Source: the human T2T-CHM13v2.0 reference genome, Homo sapiens
Assembly: GCF_009914755.1 (NCBI RefSeq)
Contig: NC_060931.1
DNA length: 64,000 nucleotides
Strand: one strand, 5' to 3'
Shown: positions 1 through 13,674 of the stretch, piece by piece
Position numbering within the stretch: position 1 is the stretch's first letter
Layout: each line of letters starts with the position of its first letter
Notes under the pieces: model-generated
The model's input: the letters and a program-made list of their open reading frames with translations, nothing else
The model's database searches: none
Told to the model about the DNA's origin: nothing
Position numbers and translations under genes: made by a program

Positions 1-454
1 TATTTAGGCAGTACATTTTTCTCTCTTGAATAATAGAAATGTCACCTACTATTTAATTTTCCTTTTTTTTTCCAGAGTAATTTTCACTATGTCTGATTAC
101 ATAATTAGATTTGGGATACCAACTGGGTATACTTGGTAAGAAAATGAGAATTAAAATGTTTCAGAGTAAAATTATTTCAGAGCTTTTGCAAATCTTTATT
201 TTAGATAAGGTGATTTCTATTTTTAGGTTTGTTTTTGAAATAGTCTAGGACATTTAAATTTTAACTTCTGATCAAATTAAGTTGTTTTGGTTCATTTAAT
301 TTGTATGTTTCATGTCTTTGACAAAAGTTTTTTTTTTAATTGATGATTTTTTAAGATAAAATTTATGATTTGGAATGATCCAATTATCTAATTCCAGATG
401 TTACTTTTGAAAGATATTAATTTCTAAGGTGTTAATTTTGCATTTTTGTGAAAA

Positions 455-1275
455 TAACATACACTTCATGAATCTAACTGCTAATTTAACAGCTCTGTGT
501 GGATGTCTAGTGGGTATTTCAAACATCCTAAGTTCAACACTGAGCTCTTGTTCTTTTCCTCTGAGCCAGCTCCTTCCATCATGAGTTCCCATTTCGGGAA
601 ATGACAACTACATCTTTCTGGTTTTTCTGGCCAGAAATTTTGGTATCATCATTGATTCTTCTTTTTCTCTTATGCTTCACCCTTAGGCCCCAGGTCTGAT
701 CAACCATTGCCACCTTTACTGCAACCAGTTTACCAAATGACCGTCCTTTCTCATCTGGATTAACAAGATGGCCTCCTGAGTGGTCTCCCGGCTTCAGCAC
801 TTGTAGCCCAGTTGCATCAGGGTTGAGTGCGGAGTGAGGTAGTGAAGTCAGAACTTATCAAACTTTTGCTAAAATTTCCCCATTGGCTTCCATTGTCCCT
901 TATAAGTCCAGGGTCCCATAAGACTTCTTCCTCTTACTTTTTACCCTCATCTGTCATCCCCCGCACTCACTGCACTTCATCCACCCTGGTGTCACTGCTG
1001 GTCTTAGAACACAGTGGACTGACTCCCACATCAGCGACTTTGTACTTGCTTTTCCTGCTGTCAGGAAACCTGAGTGCATGACTCTCTTCATCAGCTGCTT
1101 CCCTTTCTTACTCAGATACCCCGTTCTCAACGAGGCCTTTTTAAAACAATCTTCCTTGTTGAAAATTGCCACTTCTTCCCCAGATTTCTTTTTTCCTCTT
1201 CTTCCTTTTATTTTTTCTATAGCATTATCATTACATTATATAAAGGTGTTTCTGTTATTATTCTGTATGTGTCTT
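455..1275 (+). mobile_element. L2 LINE 3' region, decayed (tail piece at ~1845-1995)
   Basis: L2-like text tggatgtctagtgggtatttcaaac... and L2 terminus ...aaatatttgttgaatgac at ~1990. Confidence 0.65.
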
Positions 1276-2327
1276 CCTGAAAAAAAAAATCTGTGAAATC
1301 ATAAACCAAAATAACACAACTTATGAAAAAAGTTATGTACAACACTGAAAAAAGTGTTATGTACAAACCTTCAAAAATCTATGGAATTTTGCAATCAGGA
1401 CACTAATAAAGAAATAATACTACTAGTAACTTTCTTCATTGATTTGCTGTTTTGATAAAAAGAGAAAGGGCTTCCAAGATGCACCTTCAACTTCTCTCAA
1501 TAGTGTAATGTCATAGAAAGTGAAGTGGTTTGTGAAGCCCCTAAACTGGCCACTAGTCACTACCTGCACTACACAAAGGAAGGCCCTTTTTTTTTTTAGT
1601 TTTTAAAATTGTAATTTGTTGTGCTGCTGCTGCTGATCATTTCCTTTTATTTTAAGGCTCACCTTTGGGTTCAGTGATAAAGCTTGTTCATAAGCACCTT
1701 AGATCCTTAATATTCCAGGGGGAAATCATACATAAATCACTACAACTTCTGTGTTATACAAATATCAGTTCCTATCTCTCAACCACATATGAAGTAATTT
1801 GAATAAAAGAAATATGTGCGTTAGTAAAACCGACTATACTATATATTTTCTTTGTTTCCTGTTTATCTCCCTAAACTAGAAGATAAGCTCCATGAAGGTG
1901 TGATCCTATTCTGTGTTCCTTTTTCAAAATTCTCATTTGTGTTCCCATTTCATAGACGTTTACTAGGTATTTAAGAAATATTTGTTGAATGACAGAGCAA
2001 ATAATCAAACCAATATCTAGACTTCTCTAGAATTCTGAAGTAATTGAAAGTATGAATGCTTTCTTTTCTTTAAATTGAACAACTTCTTTGGCTTAATAGT
2101 TAGTGACATTTAAGACGGTGGCCTGATTTATGTGTGTTATTTAGAAAGCCAAAAGTAAATGTGTTGTGGATGAAGTTCAAGATCCAGCATTCTGTAGGAA
2201 GATGCAATTTCATTCTGTGACAACATGTTTTAATAGGAACTAACACGTAGATTGTGCTTTTCTAGCAGGTGCTGGCGTAAGCATTCTGCACACATTGGGT
2301 AATTTAATCCTTGAGACAAGTCTAGAG

Positions 2328-3725
2328 CAGCAGTTCCCAAAGTGTGGTTCAAGAACCTGTGGCAGACCCTGAGCCCCTTTGCAGGGGGCGGCCACAAGGC
2401 CAAAATCATTTCATCAGAATAGACCTTTGTACTTTGTCCCCTTGTTGAGCTTTTGGCAACGATTTAAAAGCAGTCGTGAGAAAACTTCTGGCACCTGAGC
2501 GCGTATCCCGAGGCAGTGGTGCCAAACTACACCAGCTGGTGTGTTACTCATCCGTGCCACACACCTATGAGTAAAAACCAAAATCTAGCTCTCTCAAAAA
2601 TAGCCTTAAAGTAGTAAAAATTATTAATTCTATTAAGCTTTGACTCAAATAAAATTATTAAAATATTCTGTGTCGAAATGTGAATTACATATAAACTCTT
2701 CTGCTGTACGCCAAAATGTGCCGGTTGTCTCAAGGCAAAGGATTTGGGAGGTTGTCCGAGCTGGGAGCTGAACTGGCTGCTTTTTTGCATGGCACCCCAT
2801 TTTTACTTGAAGTAGTGACTGACAGAAAAACTATGGTAATTTAGACTTGGGTATTTTGCAGGATTTTCTTGAAAATGAAGAAAATAAGCTTGTTGCATCA
2901 ATGAAAACAACTGACAGTATTTGTGGCTAAAGATAAAAATTGAGCTCATAAGTAAAAATTAGCATTTTGGAAACCTTGAATATGCCCACCATGAGCTTGA
3001 CACTTTCGCATTATTTAAGGAGGTGTCTGATGAGATAGGTAGCTGTGTTAATTTGTGATATTTTTTACATTGTATAATGAAACGTGTCAACGTTTGGAAG
3101 GTCTGCATCACTCAGCGAACCAGGAAAGACATGTGTATGGATAAGATCCATTCCAAGTACAGGACAGTCTAAAAGATGTTAATGTAACAAAGCACCAAAG
3201 TGTCATTTATGCGGTTTCAGAGTCCGCGTTGCAACTAACCTTTATGAAACTGACACTTGTTTAGTTTTACTAAAGTATTAACAAAAATATTCACAGCTGT
3301 TTGAAAAGGCAATTAAAATACTCCCCTCCTTTCCAGCCATGTATCTGGGAGGCTGTATGTTATTAATATCCTTCAACTGAAACAACATATTACAAGAGAC
3401 TAAATGCAGAAGCAGGTGTGAGAATCTAGTTGTCCTTTATTAAGCTAGACACTGGAAAAATTTGAAAAAGGGTTAAACAGTGCCACTCTTAAGAATTTTT
3501 AGTTTTCTTTTGGATAATATAGTTATTTTTCATAAATGTCTTTTGTATTAATAATGTAATGACTTTGATTTTTTAAGGAATTAATAACTTTTTAAAGTTC
3601 ACAGGTTTACTCTCTAATATGATAAATACAGAAAGAAATAAGTCACATAAACAAGAATTTAGGTGTCCTTAATTTTTTTGTATGTTGCAAAGGGATCCTG
3701 AGACCAAAAACTTTGAGAACTGCTG
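2328..3725 (+). mobile_element. hAT-Charlie DNA transposon relic (Charlie1a-like), inserted into a MIR
   Basis: 16-bp TIRs cagcagttcccaaagt / actttgagaactgctg (1 mismatch); decayed 8-bp TSD gtctagag / ctcttgaa matching the NTCTAGAN target; ~1.4 kb. Confidence 0.85.
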
Positions 3726-4448
<723 letters not shown>

Positions 4449-5952
4449 TGAACCCAGGGCTCCAAAGTACTTGCTCTAAACTCAAATCACATATTATTAC
4501 TTCTTGAGAAACCTCCATGGTTTGTAACTTTGCTAAAATCAATAAGCTTTGGTTGGACTTAGATGTCCTTTCAAGTTATTTTCTCATGTAATTTCTTGAT
4601 ATAAAATTAAACCTTCACCATGTGGATATCTGTTACATCTCAGTTTTTATGGCAGTACATATTTGCCGTAAACTCACCAGCAAACAGATAAGCAGGAGAA
4701 GGTAAATCATATTTGAGATTCTTTTCTTGGACCTTTCAGTTTTTTATTTAATCAGGGTTGATTTCTTAAGATTATTCGAAAGAATCTTTGAAAGAAATAT
4801 TGTGCCATATTCAAGAATAATGTTGGTTATTTCTGATAACCTTACTCTTATTTTGGTTGGTCATACTTTTTCACTACAAACCATAGAAATGACAGTTCAG
4901 TATACTTCTACTTTGAAGTAAAATATTGGAGAGCTGGAAGCTTATTTCAGTTTGGAGAAACGGGAATTGTATTTATCCCACTGTGTCTTATTAATTTATA
5001 TACTGAAATAGATTAGCACAGTGCAAGATAAAACTAGTACATAAATATAGCCATATATGTTTCTACCATCAGCTTCAATTGTGGATTAATCTCACTGGAA
5101 GCTTGAATGGTTTCTTAGGGGAAAATATTGGAAGGGTAGGTTTACCCCAAGAGTTCCCTTAAATATGGTGTTAATTTGCATTGATTTCAGAGAAAACAGA
5201 GAATCAGTTTGACTTCCCCACTGGCTGACTGCATAGGCAAACTATTCACAGTGCTGTTTAATGGAAATCTCAGGGACCCTCCTGCTTTCTCTGTTTTCAC
5301 ATGGACTGACTCAAATATGGAGAGGACACCAGGGACAAATTACTTGGAGAAAATCCCACACTTGTTAGTCAGATTTTTGAGTACAAAATGATGACTTTGT
5401 GGTGAGATCAAGGAATACGCAGCACAATCTTTGACTTGTGTTAGTTTTTTTGTTTGAAATAAGAGATATATTCTTTCAATTGTAGCTGCCTTTCATCCTG
5501 AAATGTCTGACATTTATTTTACAAGGCAGTAGTAGAGAGAGATAAGGTAAAATACAGAGAAGTTGGGTGGGTAATTTATTTATTTATTTTTTAGATTGAC
5601 AGAAGATGATGGTACATCTAAGTATATTTGAAAGTCTACCACTGGGAAGTATTTAGAAATATTTATGATAAGCTAAAGAAACAAAGCCTGGGAATTTGCT
5701 GTGATAATAGAGCCAACTCTTTTCACTGGAGGGAGAATTACATAGTTTGGGAATTAGTATGTACCATTCGTTTATGTCCTTTTTCTCCTTTCTCCTCCTG
5801 CTCTTCCTCCTCTTGCACCGCCGCCTCTAGTTCACATTTAATAACCAAACGACTTACTTGGGTGGTGACAAAAAGGGCAGCCTGAACTGCCCTGTCCTCA
5901 CTGCCTTTTCTCAGCTTAGCAGATAGAGGACTTTGTCCTAAAACAATCATAG

Positions 5953-6690
5953 GTCTCTTTTTCGTGTAATGCCTTCTTTTCCTCTGGGTAGATACCCAGG
6001 AGTGGGATTGCTAGATGAAAGGGTAGTTCTACTTTCAGTTCTTTAGGGAATCTTCACACTGTTTTCCATAGTGGTCGTGCTAGTTTACATTCCTAGCAGC
6101 AGTGTAAAAGTGTTCCCTTTTCACCACGTCCCTGCCAACATCTATTATTTTTTGATTTTTGAAAAATTATGGCTATTGATCAGGAAAATGCAAATCGAAA
6201 CCACAATGCTATGCCTCCTTACTCCGGCAAAAATGGCCATAATGAAAAAATCAAAAAATAATAGATGATTGTGGTGATGGGGTGAAAAGGGAACACTTTT
6301 ACACTGGTGGTGAGAATGTAAATTAGTACGACCATGGAATACTATTCAGCTCTGAAAAGGAGTGAAATAATGGCATTCACAGCTACCTGGCTGGAACTGG
6401 AGACCATTATTCTAAGTGAAGTAACTGGGGAATGGAAAACCAAACATTGTATCTTCTCACTCCTAAGTGGGAGCTAAGCTGTGAGGATGCCTAAGAATGA
6501 TACAATGGACTTTGGGGACTTGTGGGAAAGGGTGGGACGGGGGTGAGGGATACGACTACACATTGGGTACAGTGTACACTGCTCAGGTGATGAGTGTACC
6601 AAAATCTCACAAATCACCACTAAAGAACTTACTCGTGTAACCAAACACCACCTATTCCCCAAACACCTATGGAAATAAAAAAATTAAAAA
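5953..6690 (+). mobile_element. 5'-truncated L1PB-like LINE-1 with inverted 5' segment (5953-6177 antisense)
   Basis: L1PB-type 3' UTR (...aaatcaccactaaagaactt...gtaaccaaacaccacct...aaataaaaaa); antisense ORF2-end piece upstream. Confidence 0.85.
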
Positions 6691-7860
6691 TCCTATCATA
6701 GGATCCTCTTACAGCATCATAATGTGGACCTGTCTATATTTGCATATTTAACTAGAGTGGCACATATCTAGTTATCTATTTAAACCTCACCCCAGAAGTA
6801 CATTTGAAAATCATAATTGTTGTCTTTAAAAAGATTGATATTACTATTATGAAGAAAGCACATTGCACTGTGAGATTAAATTCCTGGCTTCAATAGGTAT
6901 ACATAATGAACTGCCAGCAGCTGAAATTTGAATGACTACACTTACCAGAAAAGGATCTTCTACCCACATTTCTCAGAATAGTTGTTCACAAATGATACAT
7001 TCTGCCCTGTGCTTTTGTTTCTCCCTGGAATTTGAAAAATAAAACTTTTCGCTCATGGTAAATTCATAAGCTTGGGGCATGAAAATGTTTGAATTTGATA
7101 TAAAAGAAGTTTTGAAAGGAAGATTAGTGGTTTAAACTGAAAGATTAGTCGCCCTGGGAAATTCAGCTGTGGCAAAAGCGGAGTTCAGTAATAACCTGCC
7201 CTGGCTGATTACTCCATTCACACTGGCATTCTGGTCCTCCCGGCTGGACTCGCACCTGATTGACGGTGCTGATTATGATGGCTTAATACAGCTCATCGTC
7301 ACTTCACCGGGACACGTGGACTTTGTGGGCTTCACAGACTACCCCCCACCCCCCTTGTTTGTGGTACAGTTGATTCTTCTGCTAAGTGGAGGTTGATTAT
7401 TTCTTTATTCATTATCTCTTTAAAATGCAGGAGAAAAGGGCAAATTATCAAATAGGTGATGATTATCCTAGTGGAAGCTCTCTTGGGCAGAGTCAAAAGA
7501 AGAACTTGCAGTTCAACTTGCTTGATACCTCATAGTTGATTCCTATTCATTCTGCCGTTGAAGGGTTTCAGATGATACGACTTAATTTTAGCTGTTGTGG
7601 AACAGCAATGAAAATCCATCGCAAGACCCCCTTTCTTGATGTTAGGGAAGCCGGGGGACGCAGGATGAGGTAGTAGGCTCCAGCTGCTGCCCATGTGAAT
7701 GATTTTTCCTCTGCAGATAGATGGGTCATGGTCCCTTTCTAGATGAGCAGAAGATTATTCTCACATTGGAGAGGTAACATTAAATACATTTACATTGGAT
7801 CTGAAAACCTTAAATGTTTACTTAGGGAAGTGTCATCTTCACATAAAATTATGATGTTGT

Positions 7861-8567
7861 GTAAGCCTTCCTTTTTCTCCACAACCTCTCCAGCACCTCT
7901 TATTTTTTGGCTTTTGAGTTACAGGCATTCTAACTGGTAGCTTATTTTGGTTTTGATTTGCATTTCTCTAATGGTGGGAGTGTAAATTAGTTCAGCCATT
8001 GTGGAAGACAGTGTGGTGATTCCTCAAAGACCTAAAGACAGAAATACCGTTTGACCCAGCAATTACATCACTGGGTATACACCCAGAGGAATATAAATCG
8101 TTCTATTATAGAGACACAAAGACACATATGTTCCCAATAGCAATGACATGGAATCAACCCAAATACCCATCAATGATAGACTGGATAAAGAAAATGTGGT
8201 ACATATACACCGTGGAATACTACGCAGCCATAAAAACTATGCAGATCATGTCTTTTGCAGGGAGATGGATGGAGCTGGAGGCCATCATTAGCAAACTAAC
8301 ACAGGAACAGAAAACCAAATACCACATGTTCTCCTCCTATAAGTGGGAGGTAAATGATGAGAACACATGGACACAGAGAGGGGAACAACACACATTGAGT
8401 CCTGTTGGAGCGTGGAGGATGAGAGCGGGGAGAGGATCAGGAAGAGTAACAATGGATACTAGGCTTAATACCTGGGTGATGAAATAATCTGTACAACAAA
8501 CCCCCATAGCACAAGTTTACCTATGTAACAAACCTGCACATCCTGCTGAACCTGAACTTAAAAGTTA
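7861..8567 (+). mobile_element. 5'-truncated, 5'-inverted L1PA (older, L1PA13-16-like)
   Basis: Perfect 16-bp TSD aaaattatgatgttgt (7845-7860, 8568-8583); 7861-7972 antisense, remainder sense ORF2 end plus 3' UTR. Confidence 0.9.
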
Positions 8568-9949
8568 AAAATTATGATGTTGTCTTGAGACAATGTTAAG
8601 TCTATTCCTGTCCTTTGGGCAGACCTTAAACCTATATTATCCACACAGATGAGACTCTCTCTTTCATAAATGATTTATGTTCTATTTTAAGAATAGAACA
8701 CTTTCTATATGAAAATGGAAATTTCACTTTTCCTTAGTAATTTATTCTAGGGTCTTCTAATGTTCGTTGTTAGAATACAGAAGTATTCCTAACGTCTGCT
8801 CATTTTCCTGAGGAAGGGAATGTCTATTATTATTTGAAATACACACACACCCTTCAAAGATTAATATGTGGGCCATTGGCTTTTCCCCAGGTCAGAGTTT
8901 TATAACTTTACCTTAGAGGCAACTCAATCATTTTCTTTATGAATCATTTCAGGATGTTCTCTTTCCCATTTAAAGTATGTAAAGATCAAATGCTTTTGCA
9001 GGGCATCTGTGCAGACTTGAATACTTATCCTTCTTTCTCCCTTTCTGTCCCCAAAGTTTTGTGTTTTGTTACCTTAATGCCCTCTTTTAACTTGTTTACC
9101 TACTGTATGTATTTCAATGGTAAATAGTGCTGGGCTCAGAGAAGTGCTATTCCCCACCTTGGCTAATCTATGTCAAAATACGTGTCGTTATGATTTTAAT
9201 TTGAACGCTTAAAATTCCAGGGTGTTGACATATTTTCCCTTCCCTTCTCCTTATAATGAATGTTAGTGTCTGTGCTAACCATAATTTTACGGCCATTTGG
9301 ATCTCGAGATATTTGCTTGCCAGCTATATGAAACCATTCTTTAAAATGAGCTTTTTTTTTCCTACCAGCTCACAGTATCCAGCCTTATAATTTGTACATG
9401 GTATAGGCATGTTTGTTTAACTATAAAGTCCATGAAAAATTGAGTTGTAGTATCATTTTAATTCAAATCCGTTGTATACTATATTAAAATGATGATGCTC
9501 TATCAATAGCAAAACCAAATTCAGATTTTTGAGTTTCTATCTCGAAGCTTTTCCCTTTCGAAAAGATGTATGTTTTCTATGACTCATTCGTGTAGGACAC
9601 TGGAACCATATGAAGTGGCATTTCTTTTTCTGTTGTTAAACAGAGTGCAAATGGCCAGACATTAATAAAGCCTGTAGCTCAGTAAATCCCACAGGATCAA
9701 AGCTACCTCCATTGCAGTTCAGCTTTATTAGACTGTTTGGGTAATAAGAGGAGATGATTTTTGCTGAAGTACATAGGAAAAAGGAAATTGGACACATGGC
9801 TACATTCAAATTTAAGAATGCAGTTGATATACAGCTTAATGCATGTCAGTTGCAGCAGAAGCAGGCAGAACTCTTGGAACAGGACAAGGCTCGACAACTC
9901 CTGACTTTGAGTTACATGTGCTGTCACAGCATCTAACACTTTACTGCTT

Positions 9950-10300
9950 ACATTCCTGCATCAGACCTAGATTATAAGCGCTTAAGGGACAGCGACTGTG
10001 TCTTACACTTTGTATTCTCAATGCTGATTACAGAGGCTGGTACATAGCATCAGTGCATGTTTATTGAACAGAAAGTTGTACAAGTCAGAGACATAAGAAT
10101 CCTTCTTGACATCTCCCTCTCCCTCACATCCATAACCAATCTATCACTGAATCTTTTTCCCACCTAACTATTGCTTTAAAGCGGATCACTGCAGTGGCCT
10201 CTGGACTGGTGTCCTCCCACTATTCCACGCCCTCTTTTTTTCCTTCTCACATTACAGCCAGAATGTTCTTTTAACAACACAATCACACAACCTCTTCAAA
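9950..10300 (+). mobile_element. L2 fragments
   Basis: ctagattataagcgcttaagggacagcgactgtgtc...tttattgaac; L2 interior pieces continue to ~11085. Confidence 0.55.
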
Positions 10301-10314
10301 GGCTTTTTGCTGTC

Positions 10315-10620
10315 TTTTTTTTTTTTTCTGAGACAGGGTCTTGGTCTGTCACCCACACTGCCAGGCTGGAGTGCAGTGGCACAATCACGGCTCACTGCAG
10401 CCTTGACTTCCTTGGGTCAAGTAATCCCTCCACCTCAGCTTCCTTAGTAGCTGGGACTGCAGGTGTATATCACCACACTGGCTAATTTTTTAAAAAACTT
10501 TTTGTGGAGATGGGGTCTCACTGTGTTGTCCAAGCTGGTCTTGCACTCGAGCTCAAGCAATCCTTCCGCCTCAGCCTCCCAAAGTGTTGGGATTATAGGC
10601 ATAAGCCACCACAACTGGCT
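10315..10620 (-). mobile_element. Alu (AluJ-like)
   Basis: Poly-T plus gagacagggtctt...; J-type acaatcacggctcactgcagccttgac. Confidence 0.9.
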
Positions 10621-11409
10621 GTCCTTTTGTAGTAAGAGCTAATCATCATCATCATCATCATTATCATATTGACAGTACTTTTTACAAGGTTATAAATAGG
10701 GTGATCACACACGTTGTTAATACTCGGACACTTGAATGTGAGGTGGGCAGCATGGACAGTCACGCAACGATGAGGTGGGAACCAGAACACGTGTGGCCCT
10801 GCCTGCAAGGCCCTGCACAACCTGGCCCTGCTCATCCCACTTCCAGTCACTCTCTTTGCACCTGCAGAAAGTCTTGCTGTTCACTCTTTCGTACTGCCCA
10901 AGGGTACTCGCCATGTTTGCTCCCACCAGAGGGCCTGCTTAACGGTTTGGAGTGCTGCCAACACTTTTGTTCTCAGCTCCTGCATTTCATCTCATCGACT
11001 AGGTTAAATCTCCTACTGTAAGTTCTTGCCGTACTCATAGATGCAATTTAATATTTATTTATTTGAATGAATAAATGAATAAATACTTGTGAGAGGTTGG
11101 TAATATTGTATTACTAATATACCAATTATGATGGAATATAGTGATCAACAAAATGACAAAATAACCTATGTATTTATATTTAAATTCTATATATTCAGTT
11201 TATACACTATAGTTTAATGTGCAACTAGTTTCAGTGTTAACATTTCTAATGTGCTACTTGATGTTTATTAAATGTACAGTAGTTTATAAGAACAGCTTAG
11301 TAATGTCACAAATAAATTACCAAAAATTTAAAGTTGAGTATGACTTCTTGAAAAGAAATTTTCCGTATTAAGGAAATATGTGACATTTGGAGTCAAAATA
11401 TATAGAATT

Positions 11410-11640
11410 GGTAGATTCTGGAGCTAGATTATCTGGATTTAAATCATGACTTCACTGCCTACTGACTGGGTAGCATTGAGCAAGTTATTTAACTTCTCCA
11501 TGCTTCTGTTTATTCATTCTTAAAATGGGTATAATGATGACATCTATGTTATAGGGCTTTTGTGAGAAATAGGTTAATATATATATAAGGCATTTAGAAT
11601 GGTTTCCAGCACAAAGTAAATAATAAATACTAGCTATTGC
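11410..11640 (+). mobile_element. MIR
   Basis: gagcaagttatttaacttctccatgcttctgtttattcattcttaaaatggg. Confidence 0.7.
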
Positions 11641-11659
11641 TGATATTAGTGTTATTATA

Positions 11660-12480
11660 TTTATTCATTCAACAGATATTTATTAGCTATCCCCTTAGTT
11701 CCTGGCATTGTTCTAGGTGCTAGGAATTCAGAAGTGATCAAGACTAATGTACTGTAGAGTAACCTACAAACACTTTAATTTCAGTATCTGATAACTATTG
11801 TAAATGGAATAAACATAATGACTTGTTAGAGCATATTGTGCAGGAGGAGCTTTAGTTAACCTGAAGGATGAGCAAAGATGAGCATGCACAGAGCATCCTA
11901 GGTAGAGGAAAGACCAAGTGGGAAGGCCCCACAGTAGGTGTCTCACTCCGTTTGCTGCTGCTGTAACAGACTGGGTGATTCAAAAATGATGGAAGTATAT
12001 TTGACTCTTGGTTCTAGAGGCTGGACAGTTCAACAACATGGCAGTTCATCTGGGGAGGCCCTTTGTGCTATATCATCCTGTCATGGAAGTCAGAAGGTCA
12101 AGGGAGTGCATGAGACAGAGGATGGGGGCCCAACTTACCCTTTTTATTAGGACCCCTCTCCCTTGATAACTAACTCCCTCCCACAGTATCAGCATTAATC
12201 CATTCCTGAAGGTAGAGCCTGCATGACCTAATCATATCCTCAAGGTCCTGCCTCTTATTACTGTTAGAATGGCCATCACATTTCATCATGAGTTTTGGAG
12301 GGGACATTCAGACCGTAACTCTAGGAAAGAGCTTGGCTTGGGTTTAAATGTGCAAGAAGTGAAGTGTGCCTGGAGTGCTCGGTGTGAGCAGAGAGGGGAG
12401 GAGGCCTGAATGAAAGTTAGAAAGCTGATTATGCAGGTGGATCTTGGGGACTTTTGTAGAAAAATGACGAGTCATATAAT
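11660..12480 (-). mobile_element. L2 fragment interrupted by a MaLR LTR
   Basis: ttcattcaacagatatttattagc...ggcattgttctaggtgctagg; resumes after 12325. Confidence 0.6.
11939..12320. mobile_element. MaLR solo LTR (MST/MLT1A-like)
   Basis: Starts tgtctcactccgtttgctgctgctgtaacag, ends ggagggg acattcagaccgtaact; 5-bp TSD gtagg / ctagg. Confidence 0.8.
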
Positions 12481-12599
12481 CCTGTTTATTTTGCTGATAA
12501 AGAAACAAAAACCTGTAAGTCCTGATGAGGATCAGGTAGCTAATTAGTGATGCTACAGCTAGAAGCCAAGTGTGCTGCATCCATATTAAAAAATGTTAT

Positions 12600-13000
12600 T
12601 GAAACAGATCTACAAAACATTGACAAATCATATCTAGTATTCTCTCCATTTTCACAAAGTAAATGTACCTTTGTAACCACATCAGGAAATAAATTTTGAC
12701 CTGCTTTTCATAAGCCATCCCATTACCTTCACCCCCGTCGCTATCCCATCCCTCAGAGGTAACCCTTATCCTTAACCTCTGACACCATAGATTAGTTTTA
12801 TCTGGCTGTGAACTTTTATGAACTTTTGAATAGTAGCACATGCTATAAGCTTTTTTGAAAATTCTGTCTGGCTTCTTTCACTCGGCTTGATGTGTGTGGG
12901 ATTTACCTGTGTTGCTATGTGTAGCAATTGTTGCTGCATTCTCGCTGCAGTGCGCTGTTCCATTATGTGAATATACCATGAGTTTCCTGTGTTGTATCCC
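12600..13000 (-). mobile_element. Ancient L1M 3' fragment
   Basis: ...gaggtaacccttatcct...gtctggcttctttcactcggc...ttccattatgtgaatatacca. Confidence 0.6.
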
Positions 13001-13514
13001 ATTGAAAGTCACCAGGAGAGACCATTTCCACGTGTGTATGAAAGGAAAGCTAGGTTGCGATTCATGTCGTTTATGTATGTATGTCAATCTTGCTTATCTT
13101 ACTTTTTTAAAACCAATTGAAGGTTATAGAGGAAACTTCTCTTTTATAGCCTGCATACACTTGACTGTTTTCTCGCAAATAGATTGCCTAGTTAAAACCA
13201 AAAGCTTGTATGTACAGGGATTGTCCGATATGTCCCTTCAATAAGCTATTAACCATAAGTGGAAATAACTTGGATGAACCTGTCAGATGCTTTCAAATGC
13301 GGGTATCATTGAGCTTTCAGCTTTTTGAAATATTATCTGGGGTATTGCATGTTTCCAGGGTTTGGTAAAGGATTATTTACTTCTTAATTGGGCCAAACAG
13401 CCATCACTTTCATTTTAATATTACGTTTGTTTAAATAATAGATTTATTAAATTAGATGAGTGCCACTTTCATGCGTACTTCAGTTTTGTTTTGTTTTGTT
13501 TTTTAATATTTCAG

Positions 13515-13674
13515 ATGATGTTGCTCCATATTTTAAAACGGAGCCAGGCCTACCACAGATCCACCTGGAAGGGAACCGCCTTGTTCTCACCTGCCTTGCC
13601 GAAGGGAGCTGGCCTTTGGAGTTCAAGTGGATGCGCGATGACAGTGAGCTCACCACCTACAGCAGCGAATATAA
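13515..13674 (+). CDS. SDK1: Sidekick-1 internal coding exon (exon 2 by recall), N-terminal half of Ig1: (D)[52 protein letters not shown](K)
   Basis: Acceptor ttttgttttttaatatttcag|AT and donor AA|gtaatt. 160 nt, phase 1 to 2. Ig I-set motif LxLTC..G..P....W. Peptide recognised as SDK1; it splices in frame to 33436. Confidence 0.96.

Noticed and set aside
1325-1370. Short tandem duplications (gaaaaaag(tg)ttatgtacaa twice; ttataagaaac twice near 62450; (ATC)n at 10642-10668)
   Set aside because: Ordinary slippage products with no further structure.
2328-3725. Possible intact hAT transposase in the Charlie element
   Set aside because: Internally deleted and riddled with stops; no long ORF.
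8128-8487. ORF resembling the L1 ORF2 C-terminus (also 32769-33011)
   Set aside because: Remnants of 5'-truncated L1 copies with no promoter, ORF1, endonuclease or RT domain; not retrotransposition-competent.
13460-13514. N-terminal extensions of the ORF-track entries overlapping SDK1 exons (also 33422-33435 and the 33543-33634 tail)
   Set aside because: These are intronic polypyrimidine tract or read-through past the splice sites, not coding sequence.
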